A stretch of DNA of 64,000 bases from Eledone cirrhosa (taxonomy: Eukaryota): NCBI GenBank assembly GCA_964016885.1, contig OZ024740.1:353710001-353774000 (forward strand), read 5' to 3'. The notes beneath the pieces are model-generated. The model saw only the letters and a list, made by a program, of their open reading frames with translations. It made no database searches and was not told the DNA's origin. How positions within the stretch are numbered: position 1 is the first letter of the stretch; each line of letters starts with the position of its first letter. This document shows, in pieces, positions 28,326 to 42,269 of the stretch. Both the position numbers and the translations under genes were made by a program.

Positions 28326-28650
28326 GCAATATATGTTTTAGCTTCTCCTTGCTATCTTTCTCTCCCTTTCTCTTTGTTCTCTTTGCTATCCATTTCTCAT
28401 TGTTCTCCTTTACTTCTTCCTCCCCTTGCTCTCCTCGCTCTCATTTTCTCATTGCTATCCTTGTTCTCCTTTTCCTCTTGCTCTCTTTTTCTACTCACTT
28501 TCCTTTTCTCCTTGCTCTCCTTTTCTCATTGCTCTCCTTTTCTCCTTACTCTCCTTTCCTCCTTGCTCTGCTCTTCTCATTGCATCTATGTACTTGTTTA
28601 TATACAAATACAATGAGAAAAGGGGAGCAAGGAGAAATATGAAAGCAAGG
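28322..28650. repeat. Degenerate tandem repeat (ttgctctccttttctc)n
   Basis: Directly visible pyrimidine-rich repeat. Confidence 0.8.
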
Positions 28651-28673
28651 ATAGTAAGGGGAGTATATATATA

Positions 28674-28743
<70 letters not shown>

Positions 28744-28900
28744 ATATATTACTCAATACCGAGTACTCATTTCTTTCAGCTGTCAACCACATACGGATAT
28801 ATATATATGTTAGGGTGGCCCTCCCACAGCGAAAAATCGGTGTTTGCCCTATACCTGCGCTCTGTCCCCAGCTTTGCAAGTTGCCTTCCCCATTATATTT

Positions 28901-29515
28901 ACAAGCAGAAACACCACCCTTCGGGTGGTTTTCTGCTAGCCTATTTAGTGTGCATATTGATATTATACGCAAGTTTATATGCATATGATACATCAAATAA
29001 AATCCTAATTGACAATATACACAGAAATTGAACAAAGACTGCGTTACACTGTCTTATGTAATCAATAACGTAATCCCTTGACGGAAATACATGACTGTTT
29101 ATTGAAGCGACCGCTAACCGGAAGTGTTGACATTTGAACATTTTAAAGAAGTCAATCTTAAAATAAGCGACAAAATTATTTATATTTAATCAAGAATAAT
29201 GAAATTTAGTAGATAAATTATGTAATATTCATTCACGGTGGATTGGCAGTATCGGTAGAGGGTCGGACGCCATGCTTTCCAGCATAGTTACATCTCTTTA
29301 CGATCTGAGTTCAAATCCCGCCGAGTTTAACTTTGCCTTTCATCCTTACGGGGTCGATAAAATAAAGTACCAGTAATGTACTGGGTAACTGCTGGCCTTG
29401 TGTCTAAAGTAGAAACAATTATTTATTCAAAGTAATCCAACTTATTTTACAAACGGGATAAAAAATATATTCTGGACGCTGTCCCGCACTCCTCCCTTTA
29501 TTATAGTTTAGATCG
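28901..29515 (-). mobile_element. Non-autonomous Helitron-related element: 3' end homologous to 20170-20305
   Basis: gcagaaacaccacccttcgggtggttttctgctagc..attgaacaaagactgcgttacact is the reverse complement of the Helitron terminus; 29135-29515 is also homologous to 8220-8420. Confidence 0.75.
29236..29421 (+). mobile_element. tRNA-SINE family 1
   Basis: Consensus match; absent from the homologous site near 8315. Confidence 0.9.
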
Positions 29516-30109
29516 TCACTTATCGTTCTAATACCAAAAATAAGTGTGAACAAGTTTTTAATTTAAGAGAAAATTATATAAGAGATAACAAATTTTTATC
29601 TGAAAAAATGACTTTCCGGGCGAAAACTTCAAATTTTCACGGTCGACTAGGGTCGTCTTGTTGTTGTCCGTCATCTTAGATTTAAATCACAGAGCATATA
29701 TTAACAAAGAAATAGTTCACCAACTCCAACAGTTAATACATTAATTGTTTGATCTACAAGTGTTTCTTTCCCTTCAGATATTGCTCAAATATCCTTATAA
29801 AGAAATCGCCAAGTCCATCATATATATAACATATTAAAGAGTTTTTAATTAGCGATCGATGTATCCTTTAACCGCATGTTCCAGCCGTAAATTGTAAACA
29901 ACATTGTTATAAGGTTATGGAATGTTAGAATTGTCAGAATTACTTCACGGTACTCTTCATGAAAGTTGTTCTACTTAGTATTACCGGCAGTCCTTTTCTG
30001 ATGCTAATATAATCTATGTCCGTCGTTAGTGCAGCTATGTAGCGTTTTGGCATATATATATATACATATATATATATAATGGTTGAGTGAACACACGTGC
30101 TTTTTCTCT

Positions 30110-30163
<54 letters not shown>

Positions 30164-30398
30164 AGAAAGAGAGAGATAGAGAGAGAGGGAGAGAGAGGGA
30201 GAGAGAGGGAGAGAGAGAGAGAGAGAGAAGTGCCTCAGCACTGGACTGGTACTTTCTTTATCGCCCCGGAAAAGAAGAAAAACAGTGTTTGAACTCAGAA
30301 CGCAGATACCCGGAATAAATATACAGCTGTTTAACGATCGCCTTCACACACACACACACAAACACCAACACACACCAACACACACACACACACACACG

Positions 30399-30473
<75 letters not shown>

Positions 30474-30539
30474 ACACATACACACATATATATATGTATA
30501 TATATATGTGTGTGTATATATATATATTTATATATATAT

Positions 30540-33500
30540 AGTTGTTATATAATAAGGTGCATTATTGGTTGTGTAAAACGGTCCAATAAATTTTTGTTAC
30601 CAATATTAAGTTCTCCACACTTTTGTATATCTCCATTTCCATTCAGGGTAACAGCTAGATGATGTAAAACGGAGTATTAGTATCAAAATGAAAATCGAAG
30701 GCAAGGTAAAATTTCCAATCATTTTAATCACGACACATGTTTAAATAAGAGATAGATCGATCGTGAAGCCATGATCGATTATCACTTATCTCGTCAGGTG
30801 AAAATGAATTGTCTTCAAATTCTTGATATGAGGGAGAAAATTAGCACTCACAGAGTTTATTCCCTCATATGAAGATCAAGGAGTCAAAATACGGCGACTG
30901 CTATCATCTTCTGTTAGGGTCATAAAACTATCAAGTTTCTATATCCCAATAGCTGCAAAAGACATCAATCAAATCTGTAGAATTACAGTCGGTCTCAGTT
31001 AATGTGAGTGGGTACACACACACTCAACACCCATACACACCGACTCGAGGTCAAAGAAAAAAAATATATACACATATCAACACAGTATCAAATCTGTAGA
31101 ACTATAGACGGTCACAATTAGTGTGAGTGGGTACACACACACTCTCACACACACCGAAGCGATGTCAAAGAAAAAATAAATATAAGAATATACCAACATA
31201 GTATTCACCGAAAGTTAGTTTACAAAACAACAAATATTACATTGGTCAAATCTCAATTTGACGATGTAAATTGGAAATATTGGGTCAACCGCAACCCCAT
31301 ACACACGCAAGTAAGTTCAGTTCAGTGTTCTGCTATACGTGTATAGATTGAATTGTAACATCCGTATCTCCAAATAGTGGATGTTATGGTATAAACACAT
31401 CCGTATTGTCCAAAAAAGTGTATGTCTAGGTATATACACATCCATGTGAAGAGCAAGCAATCAGCTCATATCGAAATCAGTATGTACCGCTGTCCCATTG
31501 AGAATCCGAGTCCCCAAATCTGTGCGTGCAAGCAACCACTATGAAGGCCAGCAAGGGGCTCTGTGTAGGGTTGGGTATTTGGGTTAAGGTGTTAGTAAGT
31601 GCAATTTCCCGTCATATGGGCCCTTGGGCTTTTAAGATAGGTGTTTGAGTGGTGGAGGTGTGTTATCCAACACAAAAAGTAAAATAAAATAACAAAGGAT
31701 AGCAAAACCTAGAGGATGTGTGTAGGCCCATTAATGGTGTGTAAATATTATTGTCCAATCCGTAACCGTGAGCACTCCATGGATTAGATGATCACGGATC
31801 AAAACCTAGTCTAGTGTTCAATCGGTAGGAACGTGACCAGTCATAACTGTGGGAACTCAATGTCTAAAGAAAACGGATACTATGTGAAGAGTTATGTATA
31901 GAGAGCGTAATCGGTCTTAACTGAGTGTGCAATACGTCTAGCTATATCCCAACAGAGAGAACTCAATGGTTAGGGTATCCTAAAGTAATGGTAAATGCGC
32001 GAAATCGGTCTTGCCTGAGTGTGTAATCATTTTAACAATTTACTAACTAGGTATTCTGAGTGTGTAAACATTCTAACTATTTACTAACAAGGTATTCTAA
32101 AGTGCACTCAGCTGTGAGAACTCTGTGGAAACAGACCGAGTACCGTTTGTAAGTGCGCAAACGATCTTAGCTGTCTAACTACCTGAGTGTGTGATTGTCT
32201 GTTTATTGAGAGAACTCTATGGCTAAGGTAGAGAGGGAGGAGTTAGAGATACGTTACTTTCCAAAAATCCTGCGGAAGGTTTTCGAGGTTCTATGTTGGC
32301 AGTTGCTGAAAAATTCCGCTCTCCTACTGATTAAGAGGGGGCCGCCTCTAATAATATTAAAGGTTTCAGCTATACATAAATTACAGACGCCAGTGCTACC
32401 GTTATAAGGCTGGGCTGAGCTAATTATGAACCAGGATAAGGAGTGCACTATATTCTGTTGTTTAAGCTTCCAGACTAATTCAGAAAGCGCCGTGCTATTT
32501 TCTTATCTAATCTATTAAAGGTATGGCGGTGATTATACCATCTATCCTTAAATTCAGTGGCAGTTGCCCCAACATACCTGAAGGTTCTATCAAGAGTGGA
32601 GACATTACAGTCGTAGACTATGATTTTGGTGAGGCATTTCCCAGCCATGGGGAAAGTGGCGGTGTTCCTGCAATTACATTTTCTGTTATCGACCTGGGTA
32701 GTTCCAGAGGAACCACGGCACCTTTGGGGTCGGGTCTAAGTTCTTGTCTGCTCTATGGGTAAGTTCCCAGGGGTTGGGGTGACCCGACTCGCCTCATGTG
32801 TATGAGTCCGTTCATCCATAGAGCTGCCATTAATTCTGCCATGTCTCATCCCCCATTGGGCTGTCCTAAGTCTACTATAATTCATCTTAGCTATATTCTG
32901 AGCTATGTTACTAGTTGTGGAGTAGGACAGCTTGATGGTATTCCTATTGAATATTTTAGAGTATCTGTGTGATCTAGGGAAGCATTTGTCTAAGGCTCTA
33001 AAGAAAAGCTTAGCTATACTAGTGGTCAGGCCACTAGTATGCCTCTTGTTCTTACTATCTATATTACAGTTACCTGTCTCCTTAGTAGCTACTGGTCTAT
33101 TATAACTGAAAACTGCCTGTGGGTCGATGGTGTCCTGGGGTGTCCCGATTGTGTTCGGAATCGTCCTAAGTCTCCGGGGCGGTGTACCCCCCGTGCAGCC
33201 ATTGGGATTACCCTCGATAGCCGGGGTTATATCCACTATGCGCCTGCTACATTTATCCCTATTTCCTCTACTGACCCTCGTTCCATTTTACGTTCAACGG
33301 TTGTTTTATCAGTTCTACAATTAAGGTTACAATTAGTTTCCGCTGGCATTACGGTGCTCAGACCCCGTGTTAGTACCTGGGTGGTTGTTTCCATTGGTAC
33401 CATCAACATTGGGACTAGGAGGCAATACAACATGAAGTCTATATTGATCCTCCCTCGTATCACGCCTGCTGTGAACTAAATATTTTGGCCTAAGCTATCG

Positions 33501-34237
33501 CAGGCAATGTTGCTACTACTATTTAATGGACGTTTGAATGAGATTCCCTCGCTATGCCCCGCGCGTTCCAGGTCGCTATTATAGTAATACGAGATCCTAT
33601 TAAATGTATCTTCATTAGAAGATAGTCCTGAAATTCTACTAGAGACGCTTTTGGTAATACCGTTAGTGACTGTTCTAGGGTGGTTCGATTTTGCGTTGAC
33701 ATAGTTTATATTCTCGTTGGGTTTGTGGTAAGGTTGGAAGGTCCTGAATTGAGGTTAAGTGTAACATCTAGAAAAATAACTATCTTTAAGTTCTCTTCAA
33801 ATACTATACTTGGGTCTATGTTCTTGAAGAATTTGCTAAGTTTTTCCTCACCCTCTCTACCATACTATTATTATGGAACGACACAGTAAACAAAACGTCG
33901 TCACGGTAAGCGCCGCCTCCCAAGTGGGGCATTTCCACTCCAACACAGTCGAGGAAGTAAAGGCCCACCAGATCCCAAACTTGATAGTTTTATGACCCTA
34001 ACTGAAGATGATAGCAGTCGCCGTATTTTGACTCCTTGATCTTCATATGGGGGAATAAACTCTGTGAGTGAACATTGCTAATTTTCTCCCTCATATCAAG
34101 AATTTGAAGACAATTCATTTTCACCTGACGAGATAAGTGATAATCGATCATGGCTTCACGATCGATCTATCTCTTATTTAAACATGTGTCGTGATTAAAA
34201 TGATTGGAAATTTTACCTTGCCTTCGGATTTTCATTT

Positions 34238-34241
<4 letters not shown>
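30540..34241 (-). mobile_element. Penelope-like element, 5'-truncated, with inverted terminal repeats (30681-30947 / 33977-34241) carrying hammerhead motifs
   Basis: RT/GIY-YIG remnants plus tcac-CTGACGA..TAAA-catgtg-TC-gtga at 34121-34194 (+) and 30728-30801 (-). Confidence 0.88.
32254..33845 (-). pseudogene. PLE RT C-terminus/thumb, linker and GIY-YIG endonuclease (frameshifted)
   Basis: FLDVTLNL, YVNAKSNHP, KLFFRALDKCFPRSHRYSKIFNRNTIKLSYS, CNCRN..GKCLTKIIVY..YVG..FKDRWYNH, CNLCIAE..RRAEFFSNCQH. Confidence 0.85.
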
Positions 34242-34291
<50 letters not shown>

Positions 34292-34648
34292 CAAAGTTGC
34301 ACATGAATAAAATAAAACGAAATACATGGGACGAAAGAACAAAACCTCTATATTCCTCACCAGCCAGCCACCCTCTGAGCAATGCAGTTTCGTGTGATAT
34401 ACTAAAACAAAAAAAACTTCCTAATTAATGGAAATTTCTAAGACAAAATCCTAACGGTAAATGTCAGTTACTCATAAATAAAATAGTGGTAATTTCAAGT
34501 AATTAAAAAGGAGCCAATGGCAGGAATTAGGATAATTAATTTAAAGTGTATTGTACTGAATGGTGTACGCAAAAATGTTTCGAAATTCTTTCGACCCACT
34601 GCTATTATTTCCCTTAGCTCATTATATTTCCAATTATCCAAATTAATC

Positions 34649-34751
<103 letters not shown>

Positions 34752-35084
34752 ATATATGCATGTGTATGTATGTGCGTTTTTGTGAGTTTATGTTTATATT
34801 TGTATCTATGTTTATGTTCCGTAAATTTTGGGATTCGACAAAAAGAGATCGTTAAAATAAGTATCACCCTTTAAAAATTAAGTTGATATGACCAACTAAA
34901 ATCAAGACAGTGCCCCAGCATGACCCGGATCTAATGACTGGAACCATTATAAGAATAAAAGAAAATGTTAAATCCTATCCATTGATCTGCCATGCTTGGT
35001 ATGAGTGTACTAATAGGGTTCATTAGGGTCAAAGTTGTTCCTTACTTGCAGCCAAATCAACTTTTACATTGATGCCTTATTTCT

Positions 35085-35790
35085 TTAAATTATCACTTCT
35101 TTTCGGAGAAGTTGTTGAATCTCTCGATTCGGAGAAGTAATGTCTCTACCTGAAGTAACTCCTTAGTTTCCGTGCTAAACATCTTATTGAGTAATGTTAT
35201 TCCATAACCCCTCGGAGGAACCCCACTCCAGCGGCTTATATTCATGATCGTATACTTTTAGACATTACTCAAGATACATGGCCATAGGTAAGGATAGGCA
35301 TGAACACTGAATTGAAGATAACGAGTTTGGCTTTCACAGCGACATCTCTTTTTTGATGATCAAGTGTTGAAGCTGGTATGTCACTGCACCGTCTCCAACA
35401 GTTCTTGCCTTTAATTCAACCTACGGCTTTGCATCACTCATGAAAACGGCCCCGAGATACTTGAACTTCTTCACCGGTTTCTATTTAACTTCACTTACAT
35501 GTTGAGTGCACCGCACTGACGTTCTTGAGAGGACGAATATCTCAGTCTTCGCAGAATTGATTTTCATTCCTGTCGTACAAAACTCAGCAGCAAACCTATT
35601 CAGTTCATGTCGGAGATCCCCTTCCGACGAGTTAAGTAGCACCACGTCATCTGCAAATTCCTGCTGACTGATTTTACCCCGCTGTTTTGATACCACTTCC
35701 AACTCGGCTGTGCATGTCAATCCTGTTTCACCTCCATTACGAACAATGGAGGTGAAAATACACAACCTTGGTGGAGTCTAACAATTAGAT
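35085..35790 (-). pseudogene. RTE-clade LINE RT remnant
   Basis: FADDVVLLNSSEGDLRHELNRFAAE..GMKINSAKTE..FKYLG. Confidence 0.8.
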
Positions 35791-35858
35791 TTCATCTAGG
35801 ATCGCCGTTTTCCACACACTCCATGACTTTACAAAAACCACATGTTGCATATCAGAGT

Positions 35859-35930
<72 letters not shown>

Positions 35931-35980
35931 ATACACATATATAATATAATTATCAGTCAAAGTCAGCATGATATGTGACA

Positions 35981-36142
35981 AAGCTAGACTTTACAATTGC
36001 AAGTGCAAATTTTCTGATGGTCTTCAACATAGTTTCCGGCTGATTTGGATCGTAGACTAAGGACACATGCCATTGATGCCACGAACTGGGCTTGAAATCC
36101 AGACCTCACAAATGCGAAGCAAACTTTTAAACCATTCAGCCA
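35981..36142 (-). mobile_element. Decayed tRNA-derived SINE
   Basis: Minus strand head catggctgaatggtttaaaag..ggatttcaagccc (A/B-box-like); atgtgaca repeated at both flanks. Confidence 0.5.
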
Positions 36143-36529
36143 TGTGACATATATATTAAAAATGATATATTGGCAGCTCAAAACGCAAGAATTGGTGTGT
36201 TTATTGTTAACTGAATGTAATAATAGAGTTAAATATAGCTGACCTAATTTCAATAACATTGTCATAGCAAGTATATTTAATCCAGAATATTTGAGTCAAT
36301 CTTCATTGAATCCCAGTTGATGAAGTTCGTGGCTTTACTTTTTATAGGGTTTTCAATGAAGATTGACTCAAATATTCTGGATTAAATATACTTGCTATGA
36401 CAATGTTATTGAAATTAGGTCAGCTATATTTAACTCTATTATTACATTCAGTTAACAATAAACACACCAATTCTTGCGTTTTGAGCTGCCAATATATCAT
36501 TTTTAATATATATGTCACATGGCTGAATG
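36133..36529. repeat. Perfect 178-bp inverted repeat with 41-bp spacer
   Basis: 36133-36310 is the reverse complement of 36352-36529, with no mismatch seen. Confidence 0.92.
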
Positions 36530-36547
36530 ACATGATATGATTTTCTC

Positions 36548-36909
<362 letters not shown>

Positions 36910-38042
36910 CTGTGCGTCTGGGCATGTGTCTGTATGTATTTTTCCAGTATATTTTATTCTTTATATAATTAATTTTATGATGTCAAAAGTTATACCCCCA
37001 TCCCTATCATTCATTCACTCAATAATAAACCTTTTCTTTGCAGGTCAGTTTACTTGAAGGCGGAAGGAACTGTACTAGACCATTATTAAAACACCTTGCA
37101 CAGTTTTGAAGGTTATGAATATTTAATGAAGTCTACAACACACGCACGCACACACACACACTCTCTCTCTTCTAAATATATATATACACAGACATATATA
37201 TACACACAAGTATACACACACACACATACACACACACGTATATATATATATATATATATAAAACACTCGAACGCATATATATATATAAATGTGTGTGTGT
37301 GTGTGAGTGTAGAAGGTTTCATTAACTGGAGCTAGGATTGAACTTTGTCCTAATGTCTGTAGGCTTATGTAAATCATCATAATGTTCATATGTGAAATAA
37401 ACTGTATAAAAAGTTATTGCCTGTAAAGCCAGATTGTAATTGTAAGATTATTCTCATATACGAAGACAAATTTTATACTCACCTAGTTGAATAGACTATC
37501 ATATAAATTACATTTCTACCGGTTATATAATATTTATAATATCAATATTAGTGAAGGCTGACGCTGTAGTGAATCGATGTAGTGTCGAAGGAACCATATC
37601 TGTTGAGCCAGTTCCCATTCCTTGTTGAAGAAAATTTACTTCCCTTACATTATTAATAGGCTTGAGAAATACTACAGTATAATCTATTTTTCGTGTTCCA
37701 CTTTCATATTTCGTACTCCTGCAACACTACACACTTTGACTAATTAACTTTTACTTACCAGTTCGGCAACACTCTCATTCCACTTTTTATATTTATATTT
37801 CCATCCTTCCGGTGCCGATTGCTGTTGTAATGATTGCTTAACGGCTACACATTGGTGTCACTGAAATACGTATTATACAATAAATACGATTATGTAACAT
37901 TTTTCTTAACGCTAATTCATACATAGAAAATCCGTCGTATTTGATCCCCACCGTAATGCTGGATATGTCCTTACCTCCTTACATCTCATCTATTTATCAA
38001 CGAGACGTCGCAACGGAACTCTTACGCACCTCAATAATTAGC

Positions 38043-38078
<36 letters not shown>

Positions 38079-38085
<7 letters not shown>

Positions 38086-38470
38086 TAAAAGGAAAAGAAA
38101 ATGCTGACAAATTGTTCCCAGTGAAAAATAGTTTAATTAGGAATAAGTAAAAATTATTGGTTAGTATTCAGTTTTGGTTTTAAGTTTTTACCGGTTGCGC
38201 ATTTCTAATGGTTTTCAAAAATAATTTTGAGATGGAGCACCCGTGATGTTTGCTACATCACGGGTGCTCCATCTCAAAATTATTTTTGAAAACCATTAGA
38301 AATGCGCAACCGGTAAAAACTTAAAACCAAAACTGAATACTAACCAATACTATTACTAATTTTTACTTATTCCTAATTAAACTATTTTTCACTGGGAACA
38401 ATTTGTCAGCATTTTCTTTTCCTTTTACCAATATATCATAACTCGTGTGTTACACCTCTATTCTTTAAAA
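38079..38470. mobile_element. Fold-back element, ~170-bp near-perfect arms (centre ~38252) plus ~35-bp tail, in (TA)n
   Basis: Arms identical except for an indel; contains GAAA-tgcgca (hammerhead 3' half only). Confidence 0.8.
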
Positions 38471-38596
38471 TATATATATATATATATATATATGGATGTA
38501 TATATAATGTATTTTGCAATACACTTTATGCTTAATTAAAAGCATTTTGAAGACCGTATGCTATTGTTTTAGAGTAGTGACAAATTCACTTACTTT

Positions 38597-38691
38597 AATC
38601 TCGGCAAACAGGGGAGATAAGCCGACAAGGCCTTGTTTCGCTTTTGTTGAAGCTTATCAAGGCTAACTACTCCCTCCTGTCTACCGAGATT
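38597..38691 (-). ncRNA. Type I hammerhead with compensatory U3-A8 core (UUGAUAA) and long stem I
   Basis: aatctcggtagacaggagggagtagttagcc-TTGATAA-gctt.caacaa.aagc-GAAA-caaggccttg-TC-ggcttatctcccctgtttgccgagatt. Confidence 0.8.
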
Positions 38692-39021
38692 ACTGATGTT
38701 ATATTCTTATAGAATTCTAGTAAATAATCAGGAAGAGCGGTTGTTGGTCAGGCAGAAATTAAAAATTAGAAATGTAGCTTGTAAGGTCTGAAGAGATATA
38801 GATCAAAGTGGGGTACATTAAGTCTAAATCTTTTTCAGATACCAAATAATTCGGTAATATTAAGGGTATACAATATAATTATTTACTGAATCGTGTGCCA
38901 CATGAACTCTGAGACGATATGTTTTTGCCGTAGCGTTAGCCTGACCAGAGATGATCATCGATGGATCACGAATGCGGCTGCTACTAACTTCTAAATACCA
39001 CTACCACCACCACCACTAATA

Positions 39022-39088
39022 ATAATTGTTTCTACTTTTGGCACAAGGCCAGCAATTATCCCAGTGCATTACTGGTACTTTATTTTAA
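39022..39088 (-). mobile_element. SINE family 1 3' fragment
   Basis: ttgtttctacttttggcacaaggccagcaattatcccagtgcattactggtactttatttt. Confidence 0.8.
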
Positions 39089-40513
39089 AGTAGCTTCGAT
39101 ATAAAATAAACAAATAATAATAATAAATAAATAAAATAAATAAAACAAATAATGACGTAATCTATTGAATAGTCATATACCAGTCATATACCAGGATCTA
39201 TCAATGGTTTTGTAGCAGTTATGTACGAAAATCTATTCAATCGACGATAACCCATTGTCACAAAGATTGGGAGTTTTTTCACTATGAAAGGATATTAGTT
39301 TCTTCTTGACAAGGATTTATACATGTCTTTGAATATGTGTCGGTCAAATTTTAATTTCACGTATTCCTATTAATAGCGTATGTAGAGTGAAATGTGTTCA
39401 AGTAAAACCACCTCATACTCGTGGTTTGCTCTTGGTCACATTTTCTAAGGCAGTACATTTGAGAAAATGCAATAAGAAAGACTTTGCTTGATAATGAGCG
39501 TTGTAGGCTAAAGAGATATTTTCACCGATATTAGATAAATGATAATGATTTATTGCTAGATGTAAACACACTCACGCATGCGCACACACGCACACACAAA
39601 CACAAACACACATGTGCATTTACAAACACTTCGAATAATGAAAGTAGTAGATGAGATAGTCTAGGTGAGAGTAAATCTATTTTGTTGTCTAGCACGCATC
39701 TTTTATATGTGTCCCGTTGTGTTCTAGGGCAAATAATTAATTGACATTATGGAGCAAGTTGGAGTAAACGATGAACTAGACTTAACGTTTATGACTAGTT
39801 ACATACGTTGAAGAAAAACTAATATTTTATTAAGTATTAAATCTATTCCAAAACTCGATTTTGGATTCAGATGCTGACGATTTTATGATTTTGCCATTCA
39901 AATGTCTGACAAATAAAGATGCAATCAGCACGATACCAATGATGCCACACTCTTATTGTTATTTCATTTACAAACAAACCGAAAAGCGAGTGAAAAAAAA
40001 AACTAATTTAAAATTCTAAAAGTAGCTCAGGAATATGCATTCTATAAATTGACGTCTTTTAGCTAAGATCAAAAACGAATCGTGTTGTCACCATCGTTTG
40101 CTTATCAACGTTTTCAATTTTCCTTTGTTTCCTTTCATTTATATATCATCAATTTCTTTTTCTGTTCATCTCATATCGATCTCAAATAAACATTTTTGTT
40201 AACTTATTTCATGCCACAATGAAGAATTCAGTTATAAAGTTATTCAATTCCGCTTTCTTCAAAGGAACTTTATGAGATGCTGTGTCAGTCAATTTCTTCC
40301 AATAATCAATGATTTACAACAGTCTGTAAACTTAACAAATTGAAATGAAAATATACGAATCCACTTTACAAAACGAAATTAACTGAGTTTATCTTATTTT
40401 CGCTCTTATTAATAACCTTGGCGTTATTTTTATAGTTTACTGGATAGTTTTTATTTTCGTTCTTGCTCTGATTAGTTCGAATATTTCTGTTTCTATTATT
40501 GCTATAGCTGTTT

Positions 40514-40580
<67 letters not shown>

Positions 40581-40847
40581 TAGGTATGTATGCATGCATG
40601 TAATGAAAACCACAAGAAACAATGGCGTGCCAAATAATGTATCGATTTAATTATTTCAGTCTGAAAGCGTGAACTATTAATGTTTTGCTTGGCATAGTGT
40701 CTAAAATAGGGACGACAATGATATACGGTGTTACCTGGAAAATAATTCAATTGATGGCTTATTTGTTGAATGAGAATTTATTATTTCGAAAACTTTTCTT
40801 TTCATTTCTTAAAATTTTACTGCCTTTATTATTGTTGTGTTAGTTTC

Positions 40848-41066
40848 AAGGTGGTGGATTGGCAGTATCGGTAGAGGGTCGGACGCCATGCTTTGTAGCA
40901 TAGAGTTACAGCCCTTTACGATCTGAGTTCAAATCCCGCTGAGGTTAACTTTGCCTTTCATCCTTACGGGGTCGATAAAATAAAATACTAGTCACGCACT
41001 GGGGTCGATTTAATCGACTTCCCCCTCCTCCCAAAATTGCTGGCCTTGTGCCTATATAAAAAACTT
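40848..41066 (+). mobile_element. SINE family 1 (longer subfamily) with 19-bp TSD
   Basis: ttattgttgtgttagtttc at 40829-40847 and 41067-41085; extra gggtcgatttaatcgac segment. Confidence 0.9.
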
Positions 41067-41420
41067 TTATTGTTGTGTTAGTTTCCGTGTTCCTTTTTAG
41101 TTCGGGGGAAAATTTCATGAAACCACTCTTCGTTCTATGAATCAAAACTTTATTTTAAACTGATTATAATTATCTAAAACCTTCCATCATAATATTATGT
41201 GAGAACCTTTCTTTTAAGTAAAAGAAAAAACACAAAACAAAAGGTATTAAATCAGTCACGCACACATGTACATCAGGTCCGAACATGGACGTGTACGCAC
41301 GAGCACACACAAACACACACATATGTATATATATGTGTGTGTGTATATATATAAATAAATATTTATACACACACGCGCGCACAGAAACACACACACACAC
41401 ACACGCACACACACGCACGC

Positions 41421-41493
<73 letters not shown>

Positions 41494-41659
41494 GTCGAAT
41501 TTGAATGAGTCTTGAGCGTTCGCTAGAATGCTTTGCGTTTTCCATTCAGGTAGCTGGCAGTCAACTTTGAATTTTGATATTTTAGAAGTCGATAACTAAA
41601 AATTTTGTCGATAACTAAACATTTTGTCGATAACTAAAAATGTTGGTTAAAATGTTTAT

Positions 41660-41970
41660 TTTGCATCGCAGTAGCTCAATGTCTCAGCTTCTGCGTGTGT
41701 GAGCCTCATAAATGGCACTGTGGAGCTGTCATCGATTAGTTCGGCCTACACCCATTATCATGCCACTAGAGCGCAGGTCTATTCCACCGACATGTCACTC
41801 TCAATGACATGAAACGGAGGCTCGATGCAGCCGGCTTCCATTCAGAACTGGAGCCAATAGGCGTCGAGTGTGGTAACGGCAAGCGCCCAGATTGAATTAT
41901 CCTCTTCTCCTTCGAAGGAGGTAAATCCCTCATCTGGGACGTGACATGCTGTGACACGTTCTCTGTATCC
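41660..41970 (+). pseudogene. CRE-clade non-LTR retrotransposon C-terminal (Zn finger + REL) remnant
   Basis: VCEPHKWHCGAVID*FGLHPLSCH..RHVTLNDMKRRLDAAGFHSELEPIG..GKRPD*IILF..GKSLIWDVTCCDT. Confidence 0.75.
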
Positions 41971-42269
41971 AACTTAGTCGCCACCACCATCACCACAACA
42001 ACTAACCCCACCAACATCAACATCCAAACAGATACCACAGCCACCAACAACATCCTAAACAAAAGAAAACTCACATCCGCAACAACAAATACAACAAAAA
42101 GGTATAAACATCACATACTACACAGCAATAAACACTAACAATACAAAACTATTGAATTACTTGCAGCACAACAAAGCAATTAGGCAAAAAACTTTCCTTA
42201 CATCCCTAAAAATCATTCACCCTACAAAAATACAAATCATATAAATCACACAAAACACAAATCTCTCCA

